From Alphaproteobacteria bacterium UBA7314 (lineage in GTDB: Bacteria; Pseudomonadota; Alphaproteobacteria; MPNO01; UBA830): a stretch of DNA of 61,984 nucleotides. This document shows positions 52,690-61,984 of this stretch, one piece after another. Where the stretch lies: positions 1 to 61,984 of the forward strand of contig DKQG01000019.1 of NCBI GenBank assembly GCA_002471575.1. Direction: 5' to 3'. Numbering within the stretch: the first letter of the stretch is position 1; every line of letters begins with the position of its first letter. The translations under genes were made by a program, and so were the position numbers. Below the pieces are notes generated by a model that did not search any database, had not been told where the DNA came from, and was given only the letters and a program-made list of their open reading frames with translations.

Positions 52690-54279
52690 ATGCAACTCAA
52701 ACATTTGTTCGGCGCACTGGTGTGTCTTCTCGTCTTTTCCGCAGTTCCAGTGGGTCAGAGTGCAAACGCTTTCAATCTGAAAAAAATGATGGAAACGGTG
52801 GCACCGCCGCAATCTTCTGGTGACAGCGAAACTGACAAAGAACTCAATGATCTCAAAAATAAGGAGGACGCGAAGGGGTCCGGCCTTGGTGGCCTTTTTG
52901 GTGGGAAAAACCCCGGAGGTCCCTTAGGTGGTAGCGGAAAGCCTGGAGGAATGTTAGGTGGCGGCGACAAAGCCTCGCCGGGTAATTCTGACTCCTATCA
53001 AGGCTCCGGTACGTTGAGGCTTGCTTGTGAAGGCTCGAAAAAGACATCGGCGCTTTACGGCAAAGCCTCAAAGTCCTCGCTTAATCAATGGTCTGACAGG
53101 GTTCTGCAAGATATTGGTGTAACCCCGGGAACGGCCGGTAGATCCAACACACTTGCGATTATGAACCCCCCTATTCCCGAGTTTGATGGGCTTCAATGGG
53201 CGGACAACGTAGGTTTCTACGCCGGCTCATTTCTCTCAAAAAAAATTAAATTTGAAATAGAACTCTGGGTCAAAGAACCGAAAGAGCGGCTGCGCATTGC
53301 CGGCAGACTTAGAAAAGCCGCGAATGATAGCGATTTAGATAGTGAAGTTAGGGCCGACGCAAAATTTGGCTATGCATTAGCATTGGCGCACTTCGCAGGC
53401 GAACTTAAAAGCAAAGACACGGTTGAAGCATACCTAAAATCAGCTTGGAATGAGGAATCGATTGGCGCCCTTTATGTACGAGGCCTCAGAATTTACAAAG
53501 GCTTGAGTTACCCTAAGGATGTGAATGGTGCCTCAAACTTCGTCTTCGCTGCCTACCGAAGGGTTAACGAAATTATTGAAAAAGCAGAGGAAGACGGCGA
53601 GCAACCACCAGACTTGTGGGATGAGCCCGAAAAGCTGTGGACACTTTTTGCAACGGATCCAGCGTACAAGGACCACAAGCGGTACCAGTCACTAGCTGTT
53701 CAGGCGGCGCAGATGCGCGCCGCTTTTCAAAAACAAATCGACAAAGGCGCCAAAGGCGCTCTTCAGAAGAAAATTAAACGCCTTGCCACCATCAGACAAA
53801 ACTCACAAATTATGGTCGCAAAAGCCTTTGATTACGGAAAAAAGCTGGCTGAAAAAAACCGGTCGCTTGAGGACCTGCGAAATAAAGCGGACGGTAACGC
53901 TCAAGTGGTGAATAAAGTAATATCAATGGAAGATAACGTAGCCGAAGAACTCAATAATCATATCGCAAACAATAATAAAGAATTAGGGCCAGAGGGTCTG
54001 AAGTTAGCAACAAAAGCGAAGCAGGGAGCAGTTTATGTGGCAACCGAGGCTTTTAAAATGGCAACAAACACATTGGCACTCGCGCCCGGCTCCGGCAGAC
54101 TCCTTGGAGGAGTAGTAGCTGGCCTAAAGGCGGCTGAGAGAACTAGAAGTCTGTCCTGCCAACTTAACAAGGCGATTGATACTTACACTGCAAAGAAAAA
54201 AATCAAGCTGGAAGCAAAACCGCTCAAAAGCAACGATATACCGGCGGACTTAATTGACCCAGAACAAAAAGCTGATTAA
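52690..54279 (+). CDS. Exported helical protein with a Gly-rich N-terminus and a possible Sel1-like repeat
   Basis: Signal peptide ending ANA-F, Gly-rich repeats, ALYVRGLRIYKGLSYPKD (Sel1-like) and a coiled-coil C-terminal half. Confidence 0.7.
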   Translation: MQLKHLFGALVCLLVFSAVPVGQSANAFNLKKMMETVAPPQSSGDSETDKELNDLKNKEDAKGSGLGGLFGGKNPGGPLGGSGKPGGMLGGGDKASPGNSDSYQGSGTLRLACEGSKKTSALYGKASKSSLNQWSDRVLQDIGVTPGTAGRSNTLAIMNPPIPEFDGLQWADNVGFYAGSFLSKKIKFEIELWVKEPKERLRIAGRLRKAANDSDLDSEVRADAKFGYALALAHFAGELKSKDTVEAYLKSAWNEESIGALYVRGLRIYKGLSYPKDVNGASNFVFAAYRRVNEIIEKAEEDGEQPPDLWDEPEKLWTLFATDPAYKDHKRYQSLAVQAAQMRAAFQKQIDKGAKGALQKKIKRLATIRQNSQIMVAKAFDYGKKLAEKNRSLEDLRNKADGNAQVVNKVISMEDNVAEELNNHIANNNKELGPEGLKLATKAKQGAVYVATEAFKMATNTLALAPGSGRLLGGVVAGLKAAERTRSLSCQLNKAIDTYTAKKKIKLEAKPLKSNDIPADLIDPEQKAD

Positions 54280-54347
54280 CGGCGGTTACGGAAGTCTCCC
54301 AGACGCCGTAAATCTGTTTAGACGTTGGGTAGTATATGGATTGAGGT

Positions 54348-55763
54348 TCACCGATCGGTCAGCAACGCTTCTCTGAATGCCTTGGCCTCTCTTTCAAACC
54401 TCGCAAAATCTTTTGTGTACACTCTCGTCAAAAATTCCCTTGCCTCATAACGATTACGCTGTCCCTCGGTCAGGCTAGACAAATCTCTGTTTTTAGCGAT
54501 TGCAAGGAAAAACCAGTCAAGCAACCGCTGTTGCATGTCTAACACCCAGTACCAATCGTTATCAAAAACACCGGTGGTCATTTCCTGTGACATTGCGAGA
54601 AGGTTCTGCTTTAGAATGAACTCGCCGATGAGTTCTGCAGATTGTTCTATCGTGCCGCTATCATCAAACGTCCTTTTGTAGCGACCGGCTTGTATTTCAT
54701 AAACCATGACGCATTTTTTTAGATAGACATCCTTATAGCCTTCTTGCTTCTGGTTAGTGAACCTTACACCTTTGACAATCACCCGTATGTCGAGGTCAAT
54801 CTTCCCGAGATTGAGGAGCTTTTGCGTGACCATTTGGTCTTTTTGACTGAGCATTCCCCAATCTCGCACGACCACTCCCAGCGATACGTTCGGGGTAAAC
54901 GGCTGGATACCAATCCCGAAATGTTCAGAGATAGCCGTTGTGGCGGCGTTTCCGAGCAGAAACTTGAAATCTTTGTCAGCAGTTTTTTGGTCGATAGCGG
55001 CCGATTGGGGGTGTGCCTTTCCAATCCATTTTTTTGCGCCCGATGTGGAGAGGATTTTCGTAACCCTGACGTTTGCTTTTTTCAGGTTGTCGAAGTCGAT
55101 TGAGGAAAGGACGCGCTGCAATTCTCCGGGAACACGGCGAGAACCGGCTTTTTTGTCGTCCCCTCCAGATAATGACCTCCACATTTTACTTTTGAGGTCT
55201 TCTTTGATCTGTATTGGGGTTCTCTTGCCAGCCTCCTTACCAATCGAAAGGATCCTGATCGGGTAGGATTGGACAATTTCAAAATCCTTTACGTCTACAA
55301 CCAGCAGATAGCTTTGCACCTCGTAGACCATAAACGTGACGTCTTTTGGTGGCGGGTAATAATTAGTTGCGATGGTTCGATCCGACGTGATCCCCAATAT
55401 TACAGCCAGGTCGGTTTTAAAAACCTCATCTCCCGCAAAGGCTTTTTCATTTGTCCACACCAATTTGTGTTGTCTGGATTTTCCGACGGCTGCTCCCCAT
55501 GTCCCGGGGAGCTTCGAATATAGAAAAAACTTTTTTTTGTTGTCTTTAAAATGAGGCGCCAGGTTGGGAAAGCTTCGGTCAATGGCCTCGCAATTAAGGT
55601 CTTTGCCCGTCGCACAGTCTTGAATAAAATTTACTCCAGTCCAAATGATGCTCTTCTGCGGAGCGGCAAATGCGGGAATGGGCGAGTTCGCAATCAGCCC
55701 GAGGCCGGATGCGGCGGCAATCGCTCCAAAATCCCGTCGGGAAATTCTATTATTCGATGACAC
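54348..55763 (-). CDS. Tat-exported hypothetical protein
   Basis: ISRRDFG twin-arginine signal with AFA cleavage site; 471-aa ORF. Confidence 0.75.
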   Translation of the reverse strand: MSSNNRISRRDFGAIAAASGLGLIANSPIPAFAAPQKSIIWTGVNFIQDCATGKDLNCEAIDRSFPNLAPHFKDNKKKFFLYSKLPGTWGAAVGKSRQHKLVWTNEKAFAGDEVFKTDLAVILGITSDRTIATNYYPPPKDVTFMVYEVQSYLLVVDVKDFEIVQSYPIRILSIGKEAGKRTPIQIKEDLKSKMWRSLSGGDDKKAGSRRVPGELQRVLSSIDFDNLKKANVRVTKILSTSGAKKWIGKAHPQSAAIDQKTADKDFKFLLGNAATTAISEHFGIGIQPFTPNVSLGVVVRDWGMLSQKDQMVTQKLLNLGKIDLDIRVIVKGVRFTNQKQEGYKDVYLKKCVMVYEIQAGRYKRTFDDSGTIEQSAELIGEFILKQNLLAMSQEMTTGVFDNDWYWVLDMQQRLLDWFFLAIAKNRDLSSLTEGQRNRYEAREFLTRVYTKDFARFEREAKAFREALLTDR

Positions 55764-55934
55764 TTTACAATTCCTCTCGGAGTTCAGAACTGGCGGTTTG
55801 CGGACCCTGGTTCAGGGTCAAGCGACAATTTTGAGTAAAAAAATGCGTTCAAATCAAAGTCTCCCTAATCCCCTCGCATCCCGCAAGACACTTCGATACT
55901 CTGTCAATTATCAGAGCTTAAAAAGGGGACAACC

Positions 55935-57128
55935 ATGTTTGCTTTAGTCGCAAAAATCTTGCCATTGATCTCAAGATATCTGGTCGTCCTGGTGTTCATT
56001 GCCTCGTTTGTAGGAGCCCAGAGCGACGCCAACGCTAATTGCGTCAATGGAACCGCAAGTATTTCGGTTTATGGCCTAGATGAAGGCGACGAACCCGACA
56101 ACGCCGATATAAAAAAGGCGAAAGCCAAGTCCATGATGGCCGCCTGGACGGCATTTGCCGAAAAAATGGAGGTACCGCTCTTAAGGGCCTATATGCAGAA
56201 CAAAGATAAGGTATTGGGTGAACTGAACTTCTACGTTAGAGAAAATTTCAGCTACAAATACGACCCCGACAGTGAAAAAATCATCGCCAAAAACTGTATT
56301 ACCGTTGACATGGATCGGCTTAAGGCAAGCCTCAATATAAAGGATAAACCGGAACCAATTGCCTCTGGCGAGGGAAGTGTCTTCGTTACTCTTTTTGTTG
56401 CTCGACAGGCGGTTTCTGAGAAGGTTTTCGACGCGACACGCACGAGTTCCGCATCAGCGACAGCTGGCCTTCAAACTTCGGCGGCAGCAAAATCAAAGTC
56501 AAAATCTGCCGCAAAAGAGCAGTCGATGGCGTCAGGCGGTAAAGCCATCTCAATGACAAAACAGAAATCAAAATCGAAATCAAAGACGAGCGCTTCGGTT
56601 ACCTCGACAGCGAATTCAGAATCCAGCGGCAGTACCCTTCGTCGCTCTAATGAAACCCGCTACAAATTGATTAGTGCGAGTGCAGCAAACGGCGCCCTCT
56701 CGCAACCGCTCTCCAAGGCCGGATATGAGGCCGCAGAATATGCAGACGTCGAGGGTGAATGTGATGGCCCGCAGATGGCAGCGATTGCCCAAACCTTTAC
56801 CGAGGAAGAAGAGCTCACATCCAAACAACGGCGAGGCGCGATTAAGGCGTCACGTCGATGTGAGGCAAAATACTTTGCCATTGGAACGATGACGGCTGAC
56901 GTGGCGCGGACACATCAGAGCGGAATGAAAATGGTGATCGTCCGCGTTCAGGGAACTGTTTACGACATAAGCCGCCGTTTGCCGAGAAAGGTCGCAACAA
57001 TTCCGCCGAAGCAATATCCGGGGCTGGCCCCGAATGAGGATGCGGCCAGGACTAACGCATTAACACTTGCAGGAAAAAAAGCTGGTGAAGTAATAACAGC
57101 CACCATGAGGGAAAAAGGCCTGCGATAA
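55935..57128 (+). CDS. Exported hypothetical protein (FlgT/LPP20-like by inference) with a Ser/Lys/Thr-rich insert
   Basis: Signal peptide, AKAK.M.AAW helix, central SKSKS tracts and C-terminal ARTNAL..A. Confidence 0.7.
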   Translation: MFALVAKILPLISRYLVVLVFIASFVGAQSDANANCVNGTASISVYGLDEGDEPDNADIKKAKAKSMMAAWTAFAEKMEVPLLRAYMQNKDKVLGELNFYVRENFSYKYDPDSEKIIAKNCITVDMDRLKASLNIKDKPEPIASGEGSVFVTLFVARQAVSEKVFDATRTSSASATAGLQTSAAAKSKSKSAAKEQSMASGGKAISMTKQKSKSKSKTSASVTSTANSESSGSTLRRSNETRYKLISASAANGALSQPLSKAGYEAAEYADVEGECDGPQMAAIAQTFTEEEELTSKQRRGAIKASRRCEAKYFAIGTMTADVARTHQSGMKMVIVRVQGTVYDISRRLPRKVATIPPKQYPGLAPNEDAARTNALTLAGKKAGEVITATMREKGLR

Positions 57129-57131
57129 AAC

Positions 57132-59213
57132 ATGGTCTTACAAGGTTGCGGATATTTTGGTGATCGTCAGAGGAAACGCTTGGTGATTGCTGGTGTAAAA
57201 TGTTCAGTGGTTGGGCTACTATTTGTGGCCTTTGCCTGTCTTTTGCCGGCCGCGGGTGAGGCACGGGTCGGTTCAGAGACTGTCGAAGTTACCGGTCATG
57301 GGACAACAATTAATCAGGCGATCAATCGTGCGCTGGTAAGCGCGATTACGCAGGTTAATGGCGCAGCGATCGCCAGCCGCGCTCGAAGCGCTCTCGACGT
57401 AAGATCCAGCACAATGGATGGCCAAAAGGTCTCGCAAAGCAAAAAATCTTTTCAGGAAGAAATTGCGAAGAAAACAAAGGGGATTGTTAAGCGTTACGAG
57501 ATCCTGTCTCAGGGAAGGCGTCAGGGGTCTGAACTCTACCGCGTAACGCTGAGCGTGACTGTCGCCACTTTTCGTAAGTCACCTCAGTTAAAAAGACTAA
57601 GGATGGCAGTTGTCCCCTTCAGGATGGACAATTCGTTGAACGGGTCCAAGATCGCCGTAAGGTTTGAGGAGACATTCCGCCGCGGCCTTGAAAACTATCT
57701 GACGCAAACGCGGCGCTTCGCGATGCTCGACCGAAGTTTCATTAAAGAACAGAACGATGAGTTTTCGTTTCTTCTGGGTAAGGATGGTACGCATAAAGCT
57801 CGTTCAAAAGCCTTGGATATTTCACCCCGAAAACAGCGATATGCATTTGTTGTTGGAATGGGGGCCTATCAAAAAAATACAGCATTCAAGTCGACAATTA
57901 ATAGCGCTTTATTGGTAGCCAAAAAGCTGCGCACCCTTGGATTCAAAGTACAATTGGAAACAGACTTGAACTTTGGTGAGTTCATTGAAGCACTGAAAAA
58001 ATTTAAAAAAACGTTATTGACCGCTCCAAGCGACTCGACATCTTTGTTTTTCTTTTCCGGCCATGGCGCAAGTATAAATTCTTCAAATGCGCTTTATACG
58101 ATCGATGAGGTGGCAGTTCCTTTGCCGCTCATTTTTGACAGTTTTTTAACAAATTATAAGGGTGTTAAAATTGTCCTTATCGATGCATGCAGAAGTGGGA
58201 ATAGGCTGCAAAACACTCGGGCCTTTGACCCACCTAGACCGAGAGATAATACCTTCATTAGTTTTTCGACTGCCCCCGGCACTGTCGCCTATGCGGGGGA
58301 GTTTGGTTCCGAAGGTTTGACAGTTTACTCCGCCTCGCTAACAAAATTTCTGGGAAAGCCGGGCCAGAGCATCGAAACTCTTTTCAAAAGTGTTCGCAGC
58401 CATGCCCAGAAACTAAGTAATGGCAAGCAGATCCCTTGGGAGAATTCCTCTCTCGTAGGCGATTTCTACTTTAACGGTGAAAACGGAGACACGACTGAGC
58501 CGAAAAAGCATAGCACCTTATCGGGTAGGAATTTTGCAGGCGGCACAGCTACAGAAGAGTTAGCAAGGATTGGAAATAGGGTGGGAACCGACTATCTCGT
58601 GACCGGGATTGTCGAGAAGGCATACTCCAATTCCAAAAAATTCAAAATGAAGACAACCGGTCAGGTAATCACGACACCCCAGATCGGAGCCAGAGTTACC
58701 TATCGAATTCTCGACGTTGCAAGCACACAGGTTAAATTTGCTGCAACTGCAAAAATCCATCGTGAAAGTGGAAAAATTAGTAATGTCGCCGATGGAATTG
58801 CTGCCTCAGTGGGACAGAAAATCCTGAATGCTATATTCCCTGTATATGTTCTTTCCGTGGAGGGTGATCAGCTCACACTTGGGCAAGGGGGTGACACAAT
58901 AAAAAAAGGCGCGGTGTACTCACTTGTAAAACTGGGTAAGGAAATCATCGACCCCTACACTCAGGAAAGGCTTGGCCAAAGTGAGACCATTGTCGGGTCA
59001 GTTCGAATTACAGATACACAATCCAAGCTCTCAACGGCAAAGGTTCTCAAGCTGGACATTGGGCTCGACACACTCTTAAGCGATGAATTCATTGTACGGC
59101 CGCGAAAAGGTACTTCCGCAGTCGCTAAGAAGGCAAAGCGGATGAGAGACCTCGAAAAGGAATTCGACAAGGAATTCGAGGACGACGAGGAGGACAAAAA
59201 AGAAAAATGGTAA
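57132..59213 (+). CDS. Exported LPP20-like/CsgG-like/FlgT-C-like protein with an inserted caspase-like (peptidase C14) domain
   Basis: G.G.T...AI..AL..AI.QVNG; LTQTRRFAMLDR...IGNRVGTDYLVTG; IIDPYTQERLG.SE..VG; insert carries FFFSGHG and LIDACR. Confidence 0.8.
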   Translation: MVLQGCGYFGDRQRKRLVIAGVKCSVVGLLFVAFACLLPAAGEARVGSETVEVTGHGTTINQAINRALVSAITQVNGAAIASRARSALDVRSSTMDGQKVSQSKKSFQEEIAKKTKGIVKRYEILSQGRRQGSELYRVTLSVTVATFRKSPQLKRLRMAVVPFRMDNSLNGSKIAVRFEETFRRGLENYLTQTRRFAMLDRSFIKEQNDEFSFLLGKDGTHKARSKALDISPRKQRYAFVVGMGAYQKNTAFKSTINSALLVAKKLRTLGFKVQLETDLNFGEFIEALKKFKKTLLTAPSDSTSLFFFSGHGASINSSNALYTIDEVAVPLPLIFDSFLTNYKGVKIVLIDACRSGNRLQNTRAFDPPRPRDNTFISFSTAPGTVAYAGEFGSEGLTVYSASLTKFLGKPGQSIETLFKSVRSHAQKLSNGKQIPWENSSLVGDFYFNGENGDTTEPKKHSTLSGRNFAGGTATEELARIGNRVGTDYLVTGIVEKAYSNSKKFKMKTTGQVITTPQIGARVTYRILDVASTQVKFAATAKIHRESGKISNVADGIAASVGQKILNAIFPVYVLSVEGDQLTLGQGGDTIKKGAVYSLVKLGKEIIDPYTQERLGQSETIVGSVRITDTQSKLSTAKVLKLDIGLDTLLSDEFIVRPRKGTSAVAKKAKRMRDLEKEFDKEFEDDEEDKKEKW

Positions 59214-59280
59214 GCCTCGAATTCAATTCTAAGTCTGTTAAACAGCTTCCCGAAAAGTTAACTGGAGCCGGGTTAAAACA

Positions 59281-60798
59281 ATGAAATTAATGTCATTCTG
59301 GATTTCTTCAGTCGGCGCTCTCGCCGCCTCTGGCGTCCTTTTTTCCACCGCGGCGCAGGCACAAGGGCAGCTAACGCCACCAAGTATTAGCGCCAATGGC
59401 GAAATTACCGGCTTCACTCCGACGCAGGGTTCTATGGTTAAGAGGAAGATCTCGAGTTCGGCGTCTGGTAGCCCGTGTGGCGGATACCTGCGGAAAAGAG
59501 GATGGAATGAGGGCCTCAATAACGCAGGTAAACCAAACGAGTTTACCGTCGCCCTCGGAATTGCGCCAGTTTCAGAGGAGATTTCAAGCGATGGATACGT
59601 CGACAGTCGTTATGTTGCCTTTAGGGAGGCTTGGATCGTCGCCAATGGCGCGATGGCGAAGGCATTGGAGTCAAAGGTAAGTTCCGATGCGTCCCGCGTC
59701 CTCAAGACCCGTTCCAGTCAAAGGGAAGAGATATCCCCTGCAGAGAAAGCGGCGTCCTTGAGAAAACAGGCGGCGGGGATAGAAACAGGATCGGAAAATA
59801 AGAGCGTCGGTGTCGAGGGCACAATTTCAAAGGGGTTTCGTCTTCTAAACGCAGCAATAGACAAAGAACTCAAGGCCTTGGGTCATGATGTAGATGCCGA
59901 GCAAAAAGCTTTGAATGAAAAAAATGCCGCCCGAAAAAAAGAGCTTATCGCCAAAGCCGAGGCCGCGGAAAAGGAAGCAAAAAGGATAACCGGGCGGCGT
60001 GACTTCAAAGAAATAATTAAGGCTGTCGCTCAGGAAAGGATGAAAGGTATCTATTCAGCCTTCACCAGTGAGAACCTCTCGCCTAACGCGGCAGCAAAAA
60101 CCCAGATATGTGTCGCTCTAAAATATTCACCACGATCAGAACGTATGGCAGACATGATGGCGGCTCGCGATTTTACAAATGCGCCGCAGCTGGAGCCAGA
60201 TATCCCACTGGTTGAACAGCTACCCGACCCAAGTAATCCTCAAGGTGTTTTTCAGCTAGTGACGATGTGGGGACTGAATATTCTTTTCGATGAAAATGGG
60301 CAGGTCAACCTTGTCGCGTTCGGTCAGGCCGGATATCGAAATGGTGATGAAAATGAAGAACTCGCGGCAAAAGAGACTGCCAAACTCCGCGCCGAGGGAA
60401 TGATACGTCTTTTCATTAATCAAACTGTCGCCGTTCAACAGGCCGCCAAGGTCGGCCAGACCGTGAAATCATTTAAGGATGCGGTCAGTAAAACGGCACT
60501 CAACAAGGAGACGATGTCTCGGATGGAACAGAAAGCCGGCTTTCGTCCAATAAACGGTTTGAAACAAGTCATAGACTGGAATGGTATTCACCCCGTAACC
60601 AATGGCGGCATCGCCGGATCGGTTGTTTCATGGAATGCAAGTGAGGCTGCCGGTGCCCTGGTCTCCAAGGCCAGACAAAATAAAAGGGTGCGTGACCGCG
60701 GCGGTGTCGGCATAAATCGAAGGAATGACAGAAGTCTTCAGAGTGCTCCGACGCGGAAAGGTGGCCTCAGGGGAAGCACCAGATCGAGGGATTTCTAA
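59281..60798 (+). CDS. Exported hypothetical protein (DUF6844/LPP20-like by inference)
   Basis: Signal peptide ending AQA; YVDSRYVAFREAW, FDENGQ..LVAFGQ, AKETAKLRA..IRLF and G.VVSW segments. Confidence 0.7.
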   Translation: MKLMSFWISSVGALAASGVLFSTAAQAQGQLTPPSISANGEITGFTPTQGSMVKRKISSSASGSPCGGYLRKRGWNEGLNNAGKPNEFTVALGIAPVSEEISSDGYVDSRYVAFREAWIVANGAMAKALESKVSSDASRVLKTRSSQREEISPAEKAASLRKQAAGIETGSENKSVGVEGTISKGFRLLNAAIDKELKALGHDVDAEQKALNEKNAARKKELIAKAEAAEKEAKRITGRRDFKEIIKAVAQERMKGIYSAFTSENLSPNAAAKTQICVALKYSPRSERMADMMAARDFTNAPQLEPDIPLVEQLPDPSNPQGVFQLVTMWGLNILFDENGQVNLVAFGQAGYRNGDENEELAAKETAKLRAEGMIRLFINQTVAVQQAAKVGQTVKSFKDAVSKTALNKETMSRMEQKAGFRPINGLKQVIDWNGIHPVTNGGIAGSVVSWNASEAAGALVSKARQNKRVRDRGGVGINRRNDRSLQSAPTRKGGLRGSTRSRDF

Positions 60799-61514
60799 CC
60801 ACGGTTCAGTCTGGTTGGCGGAGAAGCCTCAAGGTGATCCAGCCTGAATGAAGGAAGTGTTCGCGCCATCCTGCGAACGGCGTCATCGACAATAGACGCG
60901 AACTGCTCACCGTCTCCGGAAAGACGGCTTGCCCTGATGACGGAAGAGACTGCCGATAGCGGTGAAAGAGGAAGCGCGCCATCACCTCTCCCGGCGTTAT
61001 GAGAGGCTTGCCACAAAAGTTCATTTGTTTTTGCGTCCTTCAGACTAACTTCGAGTTTGAGAGATTTCCGGGCGTAGAACACCATGAAATCATTCTTCAA
61101 CTCCCTTACCTGTATCGAAGCCGTTACAGGACAATTCATTTCCTCTCCAAAACGCCTGATGCCTCTCGTGTTTCCGATTTCAATCAGTTTCCGCCGAGCA
61201 ATACGTTTCACCGAATGACCTGGAATGACCCTGTCGAATTTTTCATAAAGGTGGCGTTGGAGTGACCTTTCCGCGACCTGCAACACGCCGAAAGCGGTTT
61301 CTTTTGCAGGCACCACAAATACACATGAATACATTCGACTGAAGACACGGTCATTCACCCAAAAAGATACCATTCTCTCATTGATCTGTGACGCCGCCTT
61401 TCCTTTTCCCATGTTGTGGTAGGAAGTGCTTACACAGCTCTGGGCAAGACCGCATATTGCAATCACGGCGACCAATTTGGTCAGGATTTTCAGGTCAGGC
61501 ACCGCTTCGACCAA
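60795..61514 (-). CDS. Putative lipoprotein (DUF799/LpoB-like fold by inference)
   Basis: Lipobox-like AQSC; LKDAKTNELLWQASH; LPLSPLS. Confidence 0.65.
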   Translation of the reverse strand: MVEAVPDLKILTKLVAVIAICGLAQSCVSTSYHNMGKGKAASQINERMVSFWVNDRVFSRMYSCVFVVPAKETAFGVLQVAERSLQRHLYEKFDRVIPGHSVKRIARRKLIEIGNTRGIRRFGEEMNCPVTASIQVRELKNDFMVFYARKSLKLEVSLKDAKTNELLWQASHNAGRGDGALPLSPLSAVSSVIRASRLSGDGEQFASIVDDAVRRMARTLPSFRLDHLEASPPTRLNRG

Positions 61515-61984
61515 GGGTGTCTTTTCCTCTGTTTTGCCACGGAGAAAGCACGACTGCTTTTCGAATGTGTTTCAGCAGTTCCTGCGTGACATTCCCATCA
61601 GGATCCATATCGTGATGCCATTGGTATCGGCGGATCGCCTGACGCGTCTGTCTTGTCAGATACCCGTTTATTTGCCCCGGTCTAAACCCCAGAAGTTCGA
61701 GATCCCTCTGCAGTCGAAATATCTTCCATCGGGAAGGCTCCAGGTACTCACCAGGAGCCACTGACGGCGGCTTCGAATGCTCCTCAGCCAAGGGAGATGT
61801 CCGGGAAAAACGGACATTTATTTTTCGAGGGGTCGTCGCGGCCAGTATGACGCCTGTCTCCGGGGCGAAAGCCTTATACGACAGGTACCCCATTCCCTTG
61901 TGGACGACGAGCCTGCCGAGGATCACTATATCGGCTTTGGAGGAGCCCAGGTTTTGTATTGACGTAGTACCGTGGTTTCCACAC
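61495..61984 (-). CDS. Peptidoglycan-binding domain protein, 5' end beyond the window
   Basis: LQRDLELLGFRPGQINGYLTRQTRQAIRRYQWHHDMDPDGNVT (PG_binding_1 pattern). The frame stays open from 61926 to the window edge. Confidence 0.8.
   Translation of the reverse strand, partial: CGNHGTTSIQNLGSSKADIVILGRLVVHKGMGYLSYKAFAPETGVILAATTPRKINVRFSRTSPLAEEHSKPPSVAPGEYLEPSRWKIFRLQRDLELLGFRPGQINGYLTRQTRQAIRRYQWHHDMDPDGNVTQELLKHIRKAVVLSPWQNRGKDTLGRSGA

Larger units (their letters stand above)
52231..61984. mobile_element. Second, tandem genomic island at tRNA-Asn (right end not in window)
   Basis: Starts with an att copy and integrase remnant, followed by visibly AT-richer accessory genes. Confidence 0.7.

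Noticed and set aside
57790-58540. Intein interpretation of the insert in the 693-aa protein
   Set aside because: No C/S start with HN-C/S/T end or other Hint motifs; the motifs are those of peptidase C14.
1-61984. CRISPR array, rRNA, IS transposase or integron attC array
   Set aside because: No regularly spaced repeat-spacer units, rRNA signatures, transposase motifs or attC-type repeats were seen.

Overview
Chromosomal window from an alphaproteobacterium (Rhodospirillales-like gene order, inferred from popZ, the tat-serS-surE-pcm-nlpD-yajC-secDF block and dgt-argS-SPOR-nagZ-scpAB). Positions ~460-42,700 are mostly conserved housekeeping genes, with several eroded gene remnants. All three tRNA genes (Lys, Cys, Asn) are integration sites. 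The most unusual feature is a family of small tRNA-targeted islets with one shared design. tRNA-Cys and tRNA-Asn each carry a ~2.0 kb insert laid out as: tRNA 3' end, paired arm-type repeats with a 23-bp period, the decayed C-terminal tail of a tyrosine integrase, one intact unrelated cargo gene, a decayed YqaJ-like exonuclease, a small hydrophobic ORF, an IHF-like site and a duplicated tRNA 3' end. A third element with the same left end follows in tandem at tRNA-Asn. It carries a cluster of exported proteins, one of which is a CsgG/FlgT-like protein with a caspase-like (peptidase C14) domain inserted inside it. An integrase that may be intact converges on tRNA-Lys at the left edge. Family assignments come from motif recognition by eye, not from database searches.
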